Shown: positions 25,928 to 38,248 of the stretch, one piece after another
Numbering within the stretch: the stretch's first letter is position 1
Layout of the letters: every line of letters starts with the position of its first letter
Source: Eledone cirrhosa
Taxonomy: Eukaryota
NCBI GenBank assembly: GCA_964016885.1
Contig: OZ024746.1
Coordinates: 19,964,001 to 20,028,000 of the forward strand
Direction: 5' to 3'
Length of the DNA stretch: 64,000 bases
Notes under the pieces: model-generated
Told to the model about the DNA's origin: nothing
The model's database searches: none
Seen by the model: the letters and a program-made list of their open reading frames with translations, nothing else
Made by a program: the position numbers and the translations under genes

Positions 25928-26735
25928 CAGGGTTTCCCAGCCTTTTGTGCGTCATCCTCTAGCTTTCACATGGAAAAAATCTAATGCCCACATGTATAGT
26001 GAATATAACAGGGTTTCCCAGCCTTTTGTGCGTCATCCTCTAGCTTTCACATGGAAAAAATCTAATGCCCACATGTATAGTGAATATAACAGGGTTTCCC
26101 AGCCTTTTGTGCGTCATCCTCTAGCTTTCACATGGAAAAAATCTAATGCCCACACGTATAGTGAATATAACAGGGTTTCCCAGCCTTTTGTGCGTCATCC
26201 TCTAGCTTTCACATGGAAAAAATCTAATGCCCACACGTATAGTGAATATAACAGGGTTTCCCAGCCTTTTGTGCGTCATCCTCTAGCTTTCACATGGAAA
26301 AAATCTAATGCCCACATGTATAGTGAATATAACAGGGTTTCCCAGCCTTTTGTGCGTCATCCTCTAGCTTTCACATGGAAAAAATCTAATGCCCACATGT
26401 ATAGTGAATATAACAGGGTTTCCCAGCCTTTTGTGCGTCATCCTCTAGCTTTCACATGGAAAAAATCTAATGCCCACACGTATAGTGAATATAACAGGGT
26501 TTCCCAGCCTTTTGTGCGTCATCCTCTAGCTTTCACATGGAAAAAATCTAATGCCCACACGTATAGTGAATATAACAGGGTTTCCCAGCCTTTTGTGCGT
26601 CGTCCTCTAGCTTTCACATGGAAAAAATCTAATGCCCACACGTATAGTGAATATAACAGGGTTTCCCAGCCTTTTGTGCGTCGTCCTCTAGCTTTCACAT
26701 GGAAAAAATCTAATGCCCACATGTATAGTGAATAT
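25928..26735 (+). repeat. Minisatellite, 10 x 81 bp
   Basis: Unit cagggtttcccagccttttgtgcgtcatcctctagctttcacatggaaaaaatctaatgcccacatgtatagtgaatataa; nearly identical copies. Confidence 0.97.
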
Positions 26736-29700
26736 TCAAAAGCATACCAGCAAATTTGGTAAAAAGTTTATCCCTGGTTTGTAAAGTAACTTTTTATGAT
26801 GAAGTAAACATTACCAAAAGATAGAATGTTGAGATCACTGTTTAATGTCCATTTATCCACACTAGCATGGGTTAGACAGGTTGTTCTGTTTGAGGCAAAT
26901 CAGGTCAGGTCACTGTGTTTTACCCATACAGAACTGTTTCTGGCTTGGTTTCTATGACTCGATGCCCTTCCTAAGCCAACCACATTTACAGTGTTTACAT
27001 TTACAACCTAATGTTGACTGGGAACTTGAGTTAGCTCTGCCTGTTTATTTACTGCTCTTTCTAGCACACGGGTACTGTCTGTTTGTCCATCTTTCTATCT
27101 ATATAGAAAGAGTGAAACCCTCTCTAAAACTTTTCTAGTTTTTTTCGTTTGTTGGCAGGTCTGACATCTTACTCACCAACAACTTTTCTGAAAATCTCTC
27201 TCAATCTATTTCTCTCACATTTGTCTATCTATATCTCTTTCTGTGTTTTTCTCTACCTGTGTCTTATATATATATATATTATATATATTCTTTTTTTTTC
27301 TTTTTTTTTTTTTTCTTGGAATAAAAAAAAAAAAAAAAAAGAAACCTACACACACCTATCCCCAAGACCAGCCAATCTCATGGGGTTTTATTGTAATTTT
27401 TCACATACTTTGTTTATGCTTAGGTGAAACATTGTCATCTAGGTGGTTTCCTCCTAGTTAGGAAAGCTTGTTTGTGTACATGACTCCCAAATTTAACCTG
27501 GCAGTGGTCATATATTTAGTAAGATCAACCAAATAGGGCAAGTTTTAAGGGAATGGCATACAAAAAACCATTTGGGCACAGAACCAATAGTCTGCTCAAA
27601 GCTGAGTGTCATCAGACTGGAGTTTATCCTGGTTCTGTTGACATCAATTTAATGAGTACACAGCTTCCTTCTTAGACAGAAGACCAACCTGTCAAGGTTA
27701 AGCCCCAGCTAGTTCTAGTAATTTTTTTTTTTTTAACTGAGTGGCCTGGATCAATATGAAATATTCTCAAGAGCACAATGTGCTGTCCAGTTTGGGAATT
27801 GAACTTGTGACCTTACAATTGAGAGATTGACAGCATAACTACTAGGTTGAGTCACTGCAGATGGAGCTAATAGCACCACAAAATATCAGCCTGTTACAGA
27901 AAATATGATAAAAGCAGACCAGCTGGCAACAGATGGTCACTGCCATATATTCTACCGCAAACAATGAATGTATTGTGTAAGACTAATGATACTATTGTAA
28001 GTACATCAATATATGTAACAAAAATATAGCCAGCCCTTCCTCCATCCTACTCTTACACGAAATTTCTAACTCAACCTATTTATAAATAGTTGCCAAATTT
28101 CCTTCAAATTGCACCCAACCATTGTATATTAGGAAAGGATACATTGAACAATAGTTCTAAATACACAAAGGTATGTGTATACACATATGTACAACCATGC
28201 ATATGCACACATACACACACTTAGTGTACTGGGTGCATTTTATCATGGTACCAACACTAGAGCTCCTTGTGTCCTTGACAGCAAGGGGTAGGTAGTAAAT
28301 AGAAGAGTGGTAGAGAGTATGACAGAAGCCCTATGGTATGTGTGCGTGTGTGTAACATGGTGGCTTTCCACCATCTGTTTGTCATAAAATCCATCTGGTT
28401 TAACAATCACCAGAAATCCATTCTTTCACTGCGCCTCTCTCCCAACCACTGGCCAGAGGTAGGTAAAGTCAATAGGATCATAGTAGATAGCAAGTTGAAG
28501 GTTCATAGTGGGTCAATCTTAAAGAACAATAACTAAAACTCTTGCTGTATTTAATTCAAATGTGAACCACAAGTAACAAGACCTATCCAACCCATGGCAG
28601 CATGGAAAAACAGGTGTAAAATTGTTATATCCATTCATGGTTCTGTAACACCTGAGGAAATTGACATACAGCGTTTCTAGGGCATTTTTTTTTCCTTTAT
28701 TTTTTAAACCTGGCAGAGCCCTTCTCACCAGGTCTGAATACAAATTTCTTCCAGAGAAGGATAAAGAGATATAGAGGGAGAATCGACTCCCCACACACAC
28801 ACCGTACTGACTGGTTCTTTTTTCTTTTTATCGACCTTGAATGGATGATGAAAGGCAAAGTTGACCTCAGCAGGATTTGTTTCGTCTCTCTGCTCTCTAT
28901 CTGCAAAGCATTCTATCTGACATTCTAACGATTCTGCCAATTCCCTGCCTAAAATTATATAGAAACATTAAAGTTCCAACAATAAATCATTATATTAATT
29001 GTTTTGAGTTCAGAGTAAAGTGAAACAGCCGAAGTGTTGCAAATGTTTTAATAGTGGGTACATGGCAGCTGGATATCATTCTTGTTTTGTTTATTTATTT
29101 ATCTTTGTTCTGTATAACATACAATGTAGCTCTTTTATTAACCAACCCAGCCAAAACGGGCTCTGATTCAGTGAAATAAAACCATTCGTTTTAAAGGTAT
29201 CCAATATAAATTAAAATCGTTCAAAATAATTTCATATAAGAACCTTACATTATTACTATCTTAGTAATGAAATATTTAATAAAAATATTTTGCAGCAGTT
29301 GTTGGAATTTATTAAACTGCAAATGTAGCTTGGCATTTCAATTGATCCCTACTCACTGCTATTGGAATGGAATTGGTTACTCCCAAATGTGAGCCCTGTG
29401 AGGGGAGGTGACTATTCCAGCATGTCCCCCTCACCATCCTCCAGAGCAATGTTTTCTCTATCCTGTTGGCCAGGACCACAAGGTGGCAGACTCTTAAGTT
29501 TCATTTATCGTAGTTTGTATATTTGAAAACTATCTCTAAATAGAATGGTAGAGGTGGGCTTATAAAAAATATTATTGGTGGCCGACAAGTTATAAATGCC
29601 ACTCAAACCCTTTCTAGTTCATTCACTTCGCTCGTTTTCTTTACGATATGCTTATTCACAATTTGTCAAATACAAAATACTTTATCCAATCTTCATATTG

Positions 29701-29809
29701 GTCTACCTCTTTCTTTTTTCTTTTTTTCCCAATTACTAATCTTAACCTACCAGTCTTTCATAAAACCCTTAACACATTAGCATGCTTTCGCCACATCAAG
29801 GTTTTTGTA

Positions 29810-30757
29810 CATGGTGAGTGCAAAAAAAACTCCCAATTAAAAATTACTTATAACTTTTGGCTTATTGTGACCACTTGGAACATCAATCACGTCATATCCA
29901 TGCAAGATGGAGCTCCTCATCATTTTGTGAACACTGTCCATGAGGTCCAATTTCCAGGATGTTGCTGGGTTGTCAAGGTTCACATGAATGGTCACCATGC
30001 ATGTTTTTTGTTTTTTTTTTGTTTTTTCGCTGGAGATGGGTGAAGGATGAAGTAACTCAAAAACTCTGACTCAATTGGAGGAATACATTCATGTAATGAC
30101 CAACATACCACCTGAGTTCCTGATGAAATCAAAGATATGCCCAGGTGATTAGTGACAGAAAACTGGTACCTATGTAGAATTTTAACACTGTACTTCAATT
30201 CGGTTTTCTTGCCAACCCTTACCTATGGTCATGAACCTTGGATAATGACCGAAAGAATACGATCGCGAATACAAGTGGCCAAAAATGGGATTTCTCCAAA
30301 GGGTCTTTGGAGTAACATTACTTGATTGTGTAACTCGGAGATCAGTGTCACTTCAGGTAGAGCTGCTACTTTTTCGAATTGAGAGATCACAGCTCCGATA
30401 CTATGGGCATGTGGTTAGAATGTCTCGAGAAAGAATTGCTGGACAGATTTTATAGGCAAAACCAACAGGAGATTCATAATATTGAAACCAGAAACCCAGG
30501 GGTAGACCCTGAGCAAGATAACATCCATGAGCTTGGCTGGTCTCAATTGGGGATCCATGCAGATCAGTTGGAGATTTGCTTTTGACAGGACCCGCTTGGA
30601 GTGTTTGAGGACTCTGCCCCCATGACCCTCTCTGGAATAAGTGGGCAAAGAAGTACTTCAACCATTATACTGTTGAAAATATACCATGTTTTATGAAAAT
30701 CAAACAATAATAAATAGTTAACAATTTTAAATAAAAAGTTTCTTTTCACCCACCCTG
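29810..30757 (+). mobile_element. Tc1/mariner remnant interrupted by an RTE LINE
   Basis: TA-flanked degenerate TIRs (catggtgagtg / cacccaccctg); MQDGAPHHF...FPG transposase motif. Confidence 0.6.
30199..30652 (+). mobile_element. RTE-clade LINE 3' end
   Basis: LTYGHEPWIMTERIRSRIQ...IERSQLRYYGHVVRM; TSD gtacttcaa at 30190 and 30653; relatives at 51560-51870 (+), 34550-34710 (-), 38880-39060 (-). Confidence 0.8.
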
Positions 30758-31394
30758 TATACCTGTTTAAATGTCTGAGTCTTCTATTTAAACATAAATG
30801 GAATCTAAAAGTTAATTTATTTTGCATTGATTCCTTGACAGTTTGATTTAAAATTTATTAGTATAGAATTTATTGCATCGATTGCTTGAAATTTTATTTT
30901 ATTTTATTTTTTATTTCAAACGATAAATTTTATTTAATTTTCTGGTAGGTGATAAAATACAACTTTAATTGGTTAATAAAATTAATTATTCATTTTATTC
31001 TAGTTATTTCAATTTTTGTAATGTTTTAATAAAATTAAATCTTCAAATTAGATAAAACAGCTATTTTGCCATTAATTCATTGTCCATCATATTGTTTTAC
31101 ATTCGTTTTTCCATGCCCACATGGGTTGACGGGCCTTTTTCAGCTCAGCATCTCTCCATTTGTTGCATTCCTTCATCTCCTGAGAGTTTCAGAAATTTGA
31201 GATCAGCTCTCAGCACTTCTACTAAGGTCGTCCTTGGTCTACCACAACTTTGGCTTCCTTTCTCTTGGATTTCTCGGCACATTTTCATCCAGTGATCATC
31301 ATCCATTTGCATCACATCTCTATTGCCCACCACTATGGATTCTTCTTAAACCCAGTTTCACCCTCAGTTCATTCAGGCTCTTTTTTCCACATTT

Positions 31395-31998
31395 ACATTG
31401 CACACCCAACGAAGCATAGCTTGTCCTCTAGTTGCTGCCCATGTTTCACTACCACACATCACATTGCACACCCAACGAAGCATAGCTTGTCTCTAGTTGC
31501 TGCCCATGTTTCACTACCACACATCACATTGCACACCCAACGAAGCATAGCTTGTCCTTTAGTCGCTGCCCATGTTTCACTACCACACATCACACTGCAC
31601 ACCCAACGAAGCATAGCTTGTCCTCTACAGTCGCTGCCCATGTTTCACTACCACACATCACACTGCACACCCAACGAAGCATAGCTTGTCCTCTACAGTC
31701 GCTGCCCATGTTTCACTACCACACATCACATTGCACACCCAACGAAGCATAGCTTGTCTCTAGTTGCTGCCCATGTTTCACTACCACACATCACATTGCA
31801 CACCCAACGAAGCATAGCTTGTCCTCTAGTCGCTGCCCATGTTTCACTACCACACATCACACTGCACACCCAACGAAGCATAGCTTGTCCTCTACAGTCG
31901 CTGCCCATGTTTCACTACCACACATCACACTGCACACCCAACGAAGCATAGCTTGTCCTCTACAGTCGCTGCCCATGTTTCACTACCACACATCACAC
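31395..31998. repeat. Minisatellite, 9 x 65-68 bp, inside a LINE 3' fragment (31090-32045, minus)
   Basis: gcacacccaacgaagcatagcttgtc... repeated; minus strand reads VMCGSETWAAT..AMLRWVC. Confidence 0.95.
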
Positions 31999-32686
31999 AT
32001 GGGTGTCATACAGCCATCCTCACGACAAATATTGGTATTGTCTTAGGTCAAATTCCGTTTTATTTCATTTTTTAATTTTTTTATTATAGACAATTCATAA
32101 AGCAATCTTTTAATTGCATGTTCACCATCATTATATTCAAACTCAATGCTGAACTGTTTCAGTAATATTTTGTTTCAACTTTCTGCTGGTGTTAACTCTT
32201 TCATGGCTGCATTTCTAATGAAATACACTCCTTCAATTAATGAAAATTTTTGAGGGATTTACTAAAATCATTTATTTCATTACTAAGTAACTTAATGTAA
32301 GGTTCTTATATAAAATTGTTGGAAGATTTTAATTTAAATTGGAAACCTTTTAAAATGGGTGACTTTATTTCATAGAAGCAGAGCCTGTTTTATAGCCGGT
32401 TTGGTAACTAAAGGGTTAAAAAAATTTTAAGTGAAAGTTTGTAGTGTTAAGAGTTACAATCAATGAATACATCAGCCAAAGATTCAGAAAAGTGTTTTTG
32501 TCTTGTCTGAAATAATTCTTTTGACATGAGTTTGAGATTGTTGCTTAGTTTCAAAAATAAATGGCAGTTTAGTGAGGAAGATGGGGTGCAACAATACAAT
32601 TTTTAAATTTTATTATAAGCATTTTGGAAAAATGTTCTTAAAATCCAAACTTAATTTTAATATTTCAGATCCTCTAAAAATTCAAA

Positions 32687-32752
32687 ATGGCAATTGGATG
32701 CACCAATAATTGTATGAAATATATCCTTTTATTTTTCAACTTGATTGTCTTT
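32687..32752 (+). CDS. Tetraspanin coding exon 1 (exon starts 32669 in the 5' UTR)
   Basis: tttcag acceptor ending 32668, ATG 32687, donor TTT|gtaagt at 32753. Confidence 0.9.
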
Positions 32753-35700
32753 GTAAGTATCATTTTCTATATTTTAAGTTTCTATCCTTCTCCCTTTTCC
32801 TTTTCCCAGATTACATTCCTGCTCACTGCTATTGGAGCAGAGTTAGCTACTGTGCCCGTGTGAGCCCCTGCAAAGCAGAGTGGCTGTTCCAACACATCTC
32901 CCTCACCATCCTCCAGGGCAATGTCTTCATCCTGTTGATCCAGGACCATGAGATAAGCGCTCCCTTAAGTTTCAATGATGGTGGTGGCTTGTGGAATATT
33001 TTGTTTGTATAATTATTAACCCACTTATCAATATTCCAAAATGGTTTTCTCTTTACAGATCTTGGGCATTGCTGGTATTGCTCTTGGTACTATCTTGCTT
33101 GTGAAAAAAGACCTTTTCCTGGAAGGACTAAATGAGATAGATTCTGAAGAGCTTCTTGATGGTTTTAATAATGCAACTATTAAGGCTGGTGCCATTATTT
33201 TGATTATAGCTTCCGTTGTTATTTTAATTATTTCATTCATGGGTTGTTTTGGAGCCTGGAGAGAGAATAAATGCTTGCTTGGAACGGTAAGTATATTTAT
33301 TGCTTTCTAAATACAAATAATTCTTATCTGGAAAATTTGTTTTTGTATTAGATTGTTAAATGCACAGAATAAGCTAAGGAAATTATGGACAAAATTAACT
33401 CTTGATAGGAACATTGTAACCACCAAGATGCTGGTAAAATGATTATATTTCATTTGTTTGCATATGGTATCTGAAAAAATATCAAGTCCTCGATGATTCT
33501 AGAAAAAAAAATTTAGTTTGCAAGAGAAAGACAGGATTTTGTGTAGTGAATGTAAGTTATTAGTGCACAAGACATGTAGTGAGATTACAAGTAGACTGGC
33601 ATAGGATTTTGAATGTGGCAGATACACAAGTTAATAATAGAGAAGCTATGAAATACTTGGAAGTAGTTGATAACTTCTGTTACTTAGGTAACTTAATCAG
33701 CAGCATAGTTGGATGTTCTGAAAGCATAGCAGACAAAATAAGATGGAAAATGTCTGAGTGGATAGTAGACTGTATAATGCTTAGGTATTGAAGTGAAATG
33801 TTGCATGGTAGCAAAATTTAAGAATTGAATGTAGATGTCCTTAGCCAGGAAAGGGACAAGACAACTGTACTTTGTTCATTCACAACTTTATACACCCAGC
33901 AAAGTAGAGTTTAGAGAGAGAGAGACTGGATATAAGAATTGCCTAGTGGCTGCACTAGTATTGACAGGATGAAATTTTGGTAAAGAAATACCAAATCTTC
34001 CTAGAAGACACCCACAGGAGAGGCTGGAAGATGACATGAGAAATGGGGGTGGATCATCTGGAGTTGAGTTTGTTCTGGAAAAGACCCATCCAACCCAAGC
34101 AAGCTAAGAAAATTCTGTGGATGTGCAGATTGTTTTTAGTTACTGGATACAGGCGTTAGACTGCAACCATGCTGGGGCACCACATTTGAAAGTTTCAGTT
34201 GAACATATAGATCTCCATAAAAATTTATTTTTAAGTCATATTTGTCAAACCACTAATTTGAGACATGTAAACAAATAGCAATATAAATACTCATGCACAA
34301 CAGTTTGTCTACCTGAAGTTATAATAGAAAATAGCTGGTCAAGATGTCACACAGTGACCAAACCCAAAGCTACATGGTTGAGAAGCAAACTCCTTATCTA
34401 TGCAGCAATGATAAACATGTTTATACATATGTAATATATTGGTAGATAGGTTGTGTAAACTTGAGTTTGTTACCAAGTTTGCTTTCCAACCTCGTATGCT
34501 TTTGATTTAACCTTACTGAACAAGTCTTCTTCTTTACCCACTTAATCCTGAGAGGGCCATGGAGGAAGAGTTTTAAAACACTCCTTCTAGCAGGTTCTAT
34601 CAGAAGCAACCGTTTCCAGCTGATTTGGCTGGATCCCCAAGTGAGACCAGCTGAGCACATGGATGTTATCGAACCATCTTGTTTGGGGTCTACCGAGTTC
34701 ACAAGAGCATTTAAAGAGCTCAAATGTGGCAAGGACACTGGCAGGATGAAATTCGGCCTGAGATGTTAAAAGCCTTAGAAGGTATTTTGGGGCTGATTCA
34801 TGTGTGCTGGGTGACCTGGATCTCTGGAAAGGCACCTAAGCAATGGCAGTTTTCAAAAAGGGAGACAGATTGTTCCAATTACTGGACAAGTATAAATCCA
34901 AAATATATTTAGCCTATTAAACATGGATTTTGTTACATATGTGGTATCTTCCTGTTTTCCATATTCTAATTTGTCTTGTTTCAATGCTTAACTTCAATTT
35001 TTCAGTATAGTACATTCATGTTTATACTCCTGGCTCTGCAAGTGGCTGTCTTCATTATGATCATTGTGGCTCAACCAAAGGTAATTTGAATTGTTTCTTA
35101 AAATCTTGATGTCTTTTTATGCAAACATGAAATTTTAAATCATTCTATAACAGTTGCTTGTCTAATTTTCAATTATAGTTTTGTTATACCATGTCTAAAG
35201 TAAATCTACCCTGTAGAAAAAAAAAAATTATCATATTTGTACTCATCAAAAACTTTAACTTGGCACAATGAAAAACTCATTTTTAGTGATTTCATATTAA
35301 TCTATCACAAAGAATAAACTTGTAAAATGTTCGCAACTTATTCTATTCTAGTTAAAAGAAGGTATAAAAATAGCGCTGAAAAAATTGTTTGACGAAACTA
35401 AGGATTCCCCGAAGAATAAGAAGGTTGTTGAAGACATTTTTGAAAAGGTAAATATCCATTTTGTCAGGTCTTCATTAACCCTTTAGCATTTAAACTGGCC
35501 ATATCCGGCCAGAATTCTCTCACCTCTTTCTGTTCAAACCAGCCGTAACTGGCCACTCATATTGATATTAAGATATTGTTCTCAAAATAAATATCAATCT
35601 CATTCGATATTGTGAGATAAAGACTTTACCATGAAAATATAATAGTATATATAGAATAACATAAATGCTAAAGGGTTAAACTTGGGAATGTGTTAAATTC

Positions 35701-38248
35701 TAAAATATAATTTACTCGATATATTAAAAAAAAAATCCATGTTTGATGAGCTGAGGGACAAAATAGGTCTAAGAGGAATCCGAATTGGTGTAGTGGGGGT
35801 GACTTATATTCGGGGTCAATAGTTTGACAATTTTTCACCAACTTCAAATTCTATGCAAATATGGTTTGGATATTTGCCCATTTCTCAAAATTGTGGGGTC
35901 AGCTTATATTCATATTGGCTTATATTCAAGTATATATGGTAAATTGTTTCAATTCTTAGATTCACTTCTGGTATTTAGACTGTATAGTGAACCAGAGGGT
36001 TAATGGTTATCTAGGTTTTCAATCACTGATTTGGAATGGAGATTTGTATACATGAATAGGATGAAATATAGGGTGTCATAAGTAAAGAGGCAATCTGTTT
36101 ATTTTCCAAATATTTTCTAAAATTCTAGTCATCACCATCATCATTGTTTAACGTCCATCTTCCATGCTAGCAACTATAAATACATGAAACAAAAGTAGTT
36201 AAAAAATATAGCCATGGCTGATCACTCACAAATTGTGGATGTTCAAAAAGTTATGTGAATCTTGCAATAAAAATGCATTGACTGCCTGGCTACTTATGAC
36301 TCACCCTGTACAGCTGTCAATGATGGCTGATGGTGATTTTACTTCAAAACTGATATCTCCTTCAGCAAGAAGGATGAAGCAAACCTACTTTACTAGAGTT
36401 GGATCTTAACCTTTAAAATCTTAAATGATTATGTAAATTTGTAGACCTATTGAACCATTTGATAGTATTTTGATGACCAAGTTATAGAATTACATACAAT
36501 GAAATATATTTTCTTTCTCTTTTTACAGAATAAGTGTTGTGGTATTGAAACTGGTGATGGCACAGTTGCTGAATACGGTCTTACATGCACTGATAAGGTA
36601 ACATTTAAAAATTTTTAGTATATTTTGTAAAACTTAAATTTTCTTTAATAGAAAAAGATGAAGCAAAGAAAATTCAAAATTTAGATTTCCTAAATGCTAT
36701 TATCATGAAAAAAAAATCTCTTCGGATTTACTTAGCTTTAAAATTTTAGAGGAACATCTGGTTTGGATAACCTTGGTGCAGAACAATGAATTGCTACAGA
36801 CAATATTGTTTGATACATTACTGATATTTTTAAAAATCTCTTTAGAAGTAGTTGATACAGTTTGTTTATATTTTACTTTTACTTTAATAGGATTTGAACT
36901 TAGAATGCAAAAGGTTATGATTAAGAACCATGTTATAGATTCAGCTAGGTGTAGGGATTTTATTTGATAATGTGTATCTTGTAAACTGTGGCATTATAGG
37001 TTTCTAACGGCCAATCACCAGTTCACTGCAGGTATTATGGTAAGACTGACAAGGTGTCAGGAACTTGAACAGAATAAATTGAAACAGTGCGCGTGCACTC
37101 ACTCACTCTGCTCTTTTTTTTTTTTTTTTTTTTTTTTCCTTTTTCTTTTTTTTTCTTTTTCTTTTTCTTTTTCTTTCTCAAATCTAAAACTTCAAGTTTG
37201 GAAAGCAAACTTGAACCGCATGGCCATGTCTGCATTTAATAGATGATTAAAATAAATTTGAGTCTTTTAAAAATGTTTTTAAAAATATTTATGTAAGAAG
37301 AGTGAAGGAGTAGGTGCTCATTAAATTGATAGACAATTCATTGCCTTTCAGTAAATATGTTGACTAAGCTAGCTGATAACGTTTTTACAAGCAGGTAGTT
37401 ATTGCTGTTGTCTATAATAATACATTAATATTTTCAGACATGGCCAGGTTGTTACACTCGCATGGAAAATGGTATTAAAAAAAATCTCCCTGCAGCCATT
37501 GGTATTGCTGTTGCCATAATTCTTGTCCAGGTATATTTCTTTTCTCTTTTGAATCCATTTACTGTTTTACTTTCTTATTTCTTCAATTTATTGGTTAATT
37601 CGATGTCCTGGGACTATTTACAGCCTAAAGGTGTAATAATGCCAAACCCAATAATGGTACACATTGGGATATCTTGATACCTTTTTTTTTCTTTTCTGAA
37701 ATGTTTAGCATTTATAGCATGTATAGTCCTGTAACTCTTGGAGTCATAGGGGTGCCATATTGACGTACATCATTTCTTGGGAATTTTAAGCCTGGCAGAG
37801 CCCATCTCCTCTCCATGTCTGAATACAGCAGTTTCCTTCCCAAAAAGGATAGAGAGAGAATGGAAGTAAGAGATATAGAGGAAGAATCGACGCCAGTACC
37901 TGACTTTCGTCCATTCGAGATTGATAAAAAAAAAAAAAAGTACCAAAGTTGGCCTCGGTGGAATTTAAACTCAAAGCAGAGATCATGCCATTTCCATCAG
38001 AGCTCTCCTCTCTGAACAGTTCCCCTCTCTCTGCTTGTGTGTCCAAACACACATGAATGTGTATCATGAGGGGGCTCACCAAATCTGAAACCGTACTCCC
38101 CTACAAGGTCTAGATCTGATCCTCTGTTGTTACTAGAAAAATATATAAACATTTTGAATTTAAATATTCTTTTTCTCTTATTCAGTTGTTCCTGATCATA
38201 TTTGCGTGCTGCCTGTGTTCAGCCTCAAGAGGAGAAACGCTTTCATAG
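32687..38248 (+). CDS. Tetraspanin (4-Cys large extracellular loop), 7 coding exons, 229 aa
   Basis: Hand-spliced GT-AG exons 32687-32752, 33059-33286, 35006-35080, 35352-35447, 36529-36597, 37438-37530, 38186-38248, all phase 0, give an open frame: MAIGCTNNCMKYILLFFNLIVF/ILGIAGIALG...FMGCFGAWRENKCLLGT/YSTFMFILLALQVAVFIMIIVAQPK/LKEG...IFEK/NKCCGIETGDGTVAEYGLTCTDK/TWPGCYTRMENGIKKNLPAAIGIAVAIILVQ/LFLIIFACCLCSASRGETLS*. Four TM helices, KY..FFN, GC.GA..EN.CLL and CCG motifs; in-frame TAA 12 nt upstream of aaaATGG. Confidence 0.95.
33059..33286 (+). CDS. Tetraspanin coding exon 2 (end of TM1, small loop, TM2)
   Basis: ctttacag acceptor, ACG|gtaagt donor; GCFGAWRENKCLL motif. Confidence 0.95.
35006..35080 (+). 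CDS. Tetraspanin coding exon 3 (TM3)
   Basis: tttttcag acceptor, AAG|gtaatt donor; YSTFMFILLALQVAVFIMIIVAQPK. Confidence 0.92.
35352..35447 (+). CDS. Tetraspanin coding exon 4 (large-loop helices A/B)
   Basis: ttctattctag acceptor, AAG|gtaaat donor, 96 nt in frame. Confidence 0.88.
35479..35675. mobile_element. piggyBac-type MITE in tetraspanin intron
   Basis: TTAA TSDs and TIR ccctttagcattta / taaatgctaaaggg; similar TTAA-bounded element at about 32192-32419. Confidence 0.8.
36529..36597 (+). CDS. Tetraspanin coding exon 5 (CCG motif)
   Basis: polypyrimidine tract + ttttacag, AAG|gtaaca; NKCCGIETGDGTVAEYGLTCTDK. Confidence 0.93.
37438..37530 (+). CDS. Tetraspanin coding exon 6 (GC motif, TM4 start)
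   Basis: ttttcag acceptor, CAG|gtatat donor; TWPGCYTRMENGIKKNLPAAIGIAVAIILVQ. Confidence 0.92.
38186..38248 (+). CDS. Tetraspanin last coding exon
   Basis: ttcttttttctcttattcag acceptor; LFLIIFACCLCSASRGETLS-TAG; followed by AT-rich 3' UTR with several AATAAA (e.g. 38522, 39963). Confidence 0.9.
   Translation: MFLIIFACCLCSASRGETLS

Noticed and set aside
25947-26762. 271-aa repeat protein ORF, or a CRISPR-like array
   Set aside because: It is the 81-bp tandem unit (a multiple of 3) read through by chance; units are contiguous with no unique spacers, no cas genes, and the context is a eukaryotic intron
31395-31998. CRISPR-like or His-rich repeat protein
   Set aside because: No variable spacers; the unit derives from LINE ORF2 and unit lengths shift frame
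38231-38248. PDZ or lysosomal sorting motif and a CD63/CD9 gene symbol for the tetraspanin
   Set aside because: Tail ends ETLS with no terminal hydrophobic residue and no YxxPhi; orthology cannot be assigned by eye
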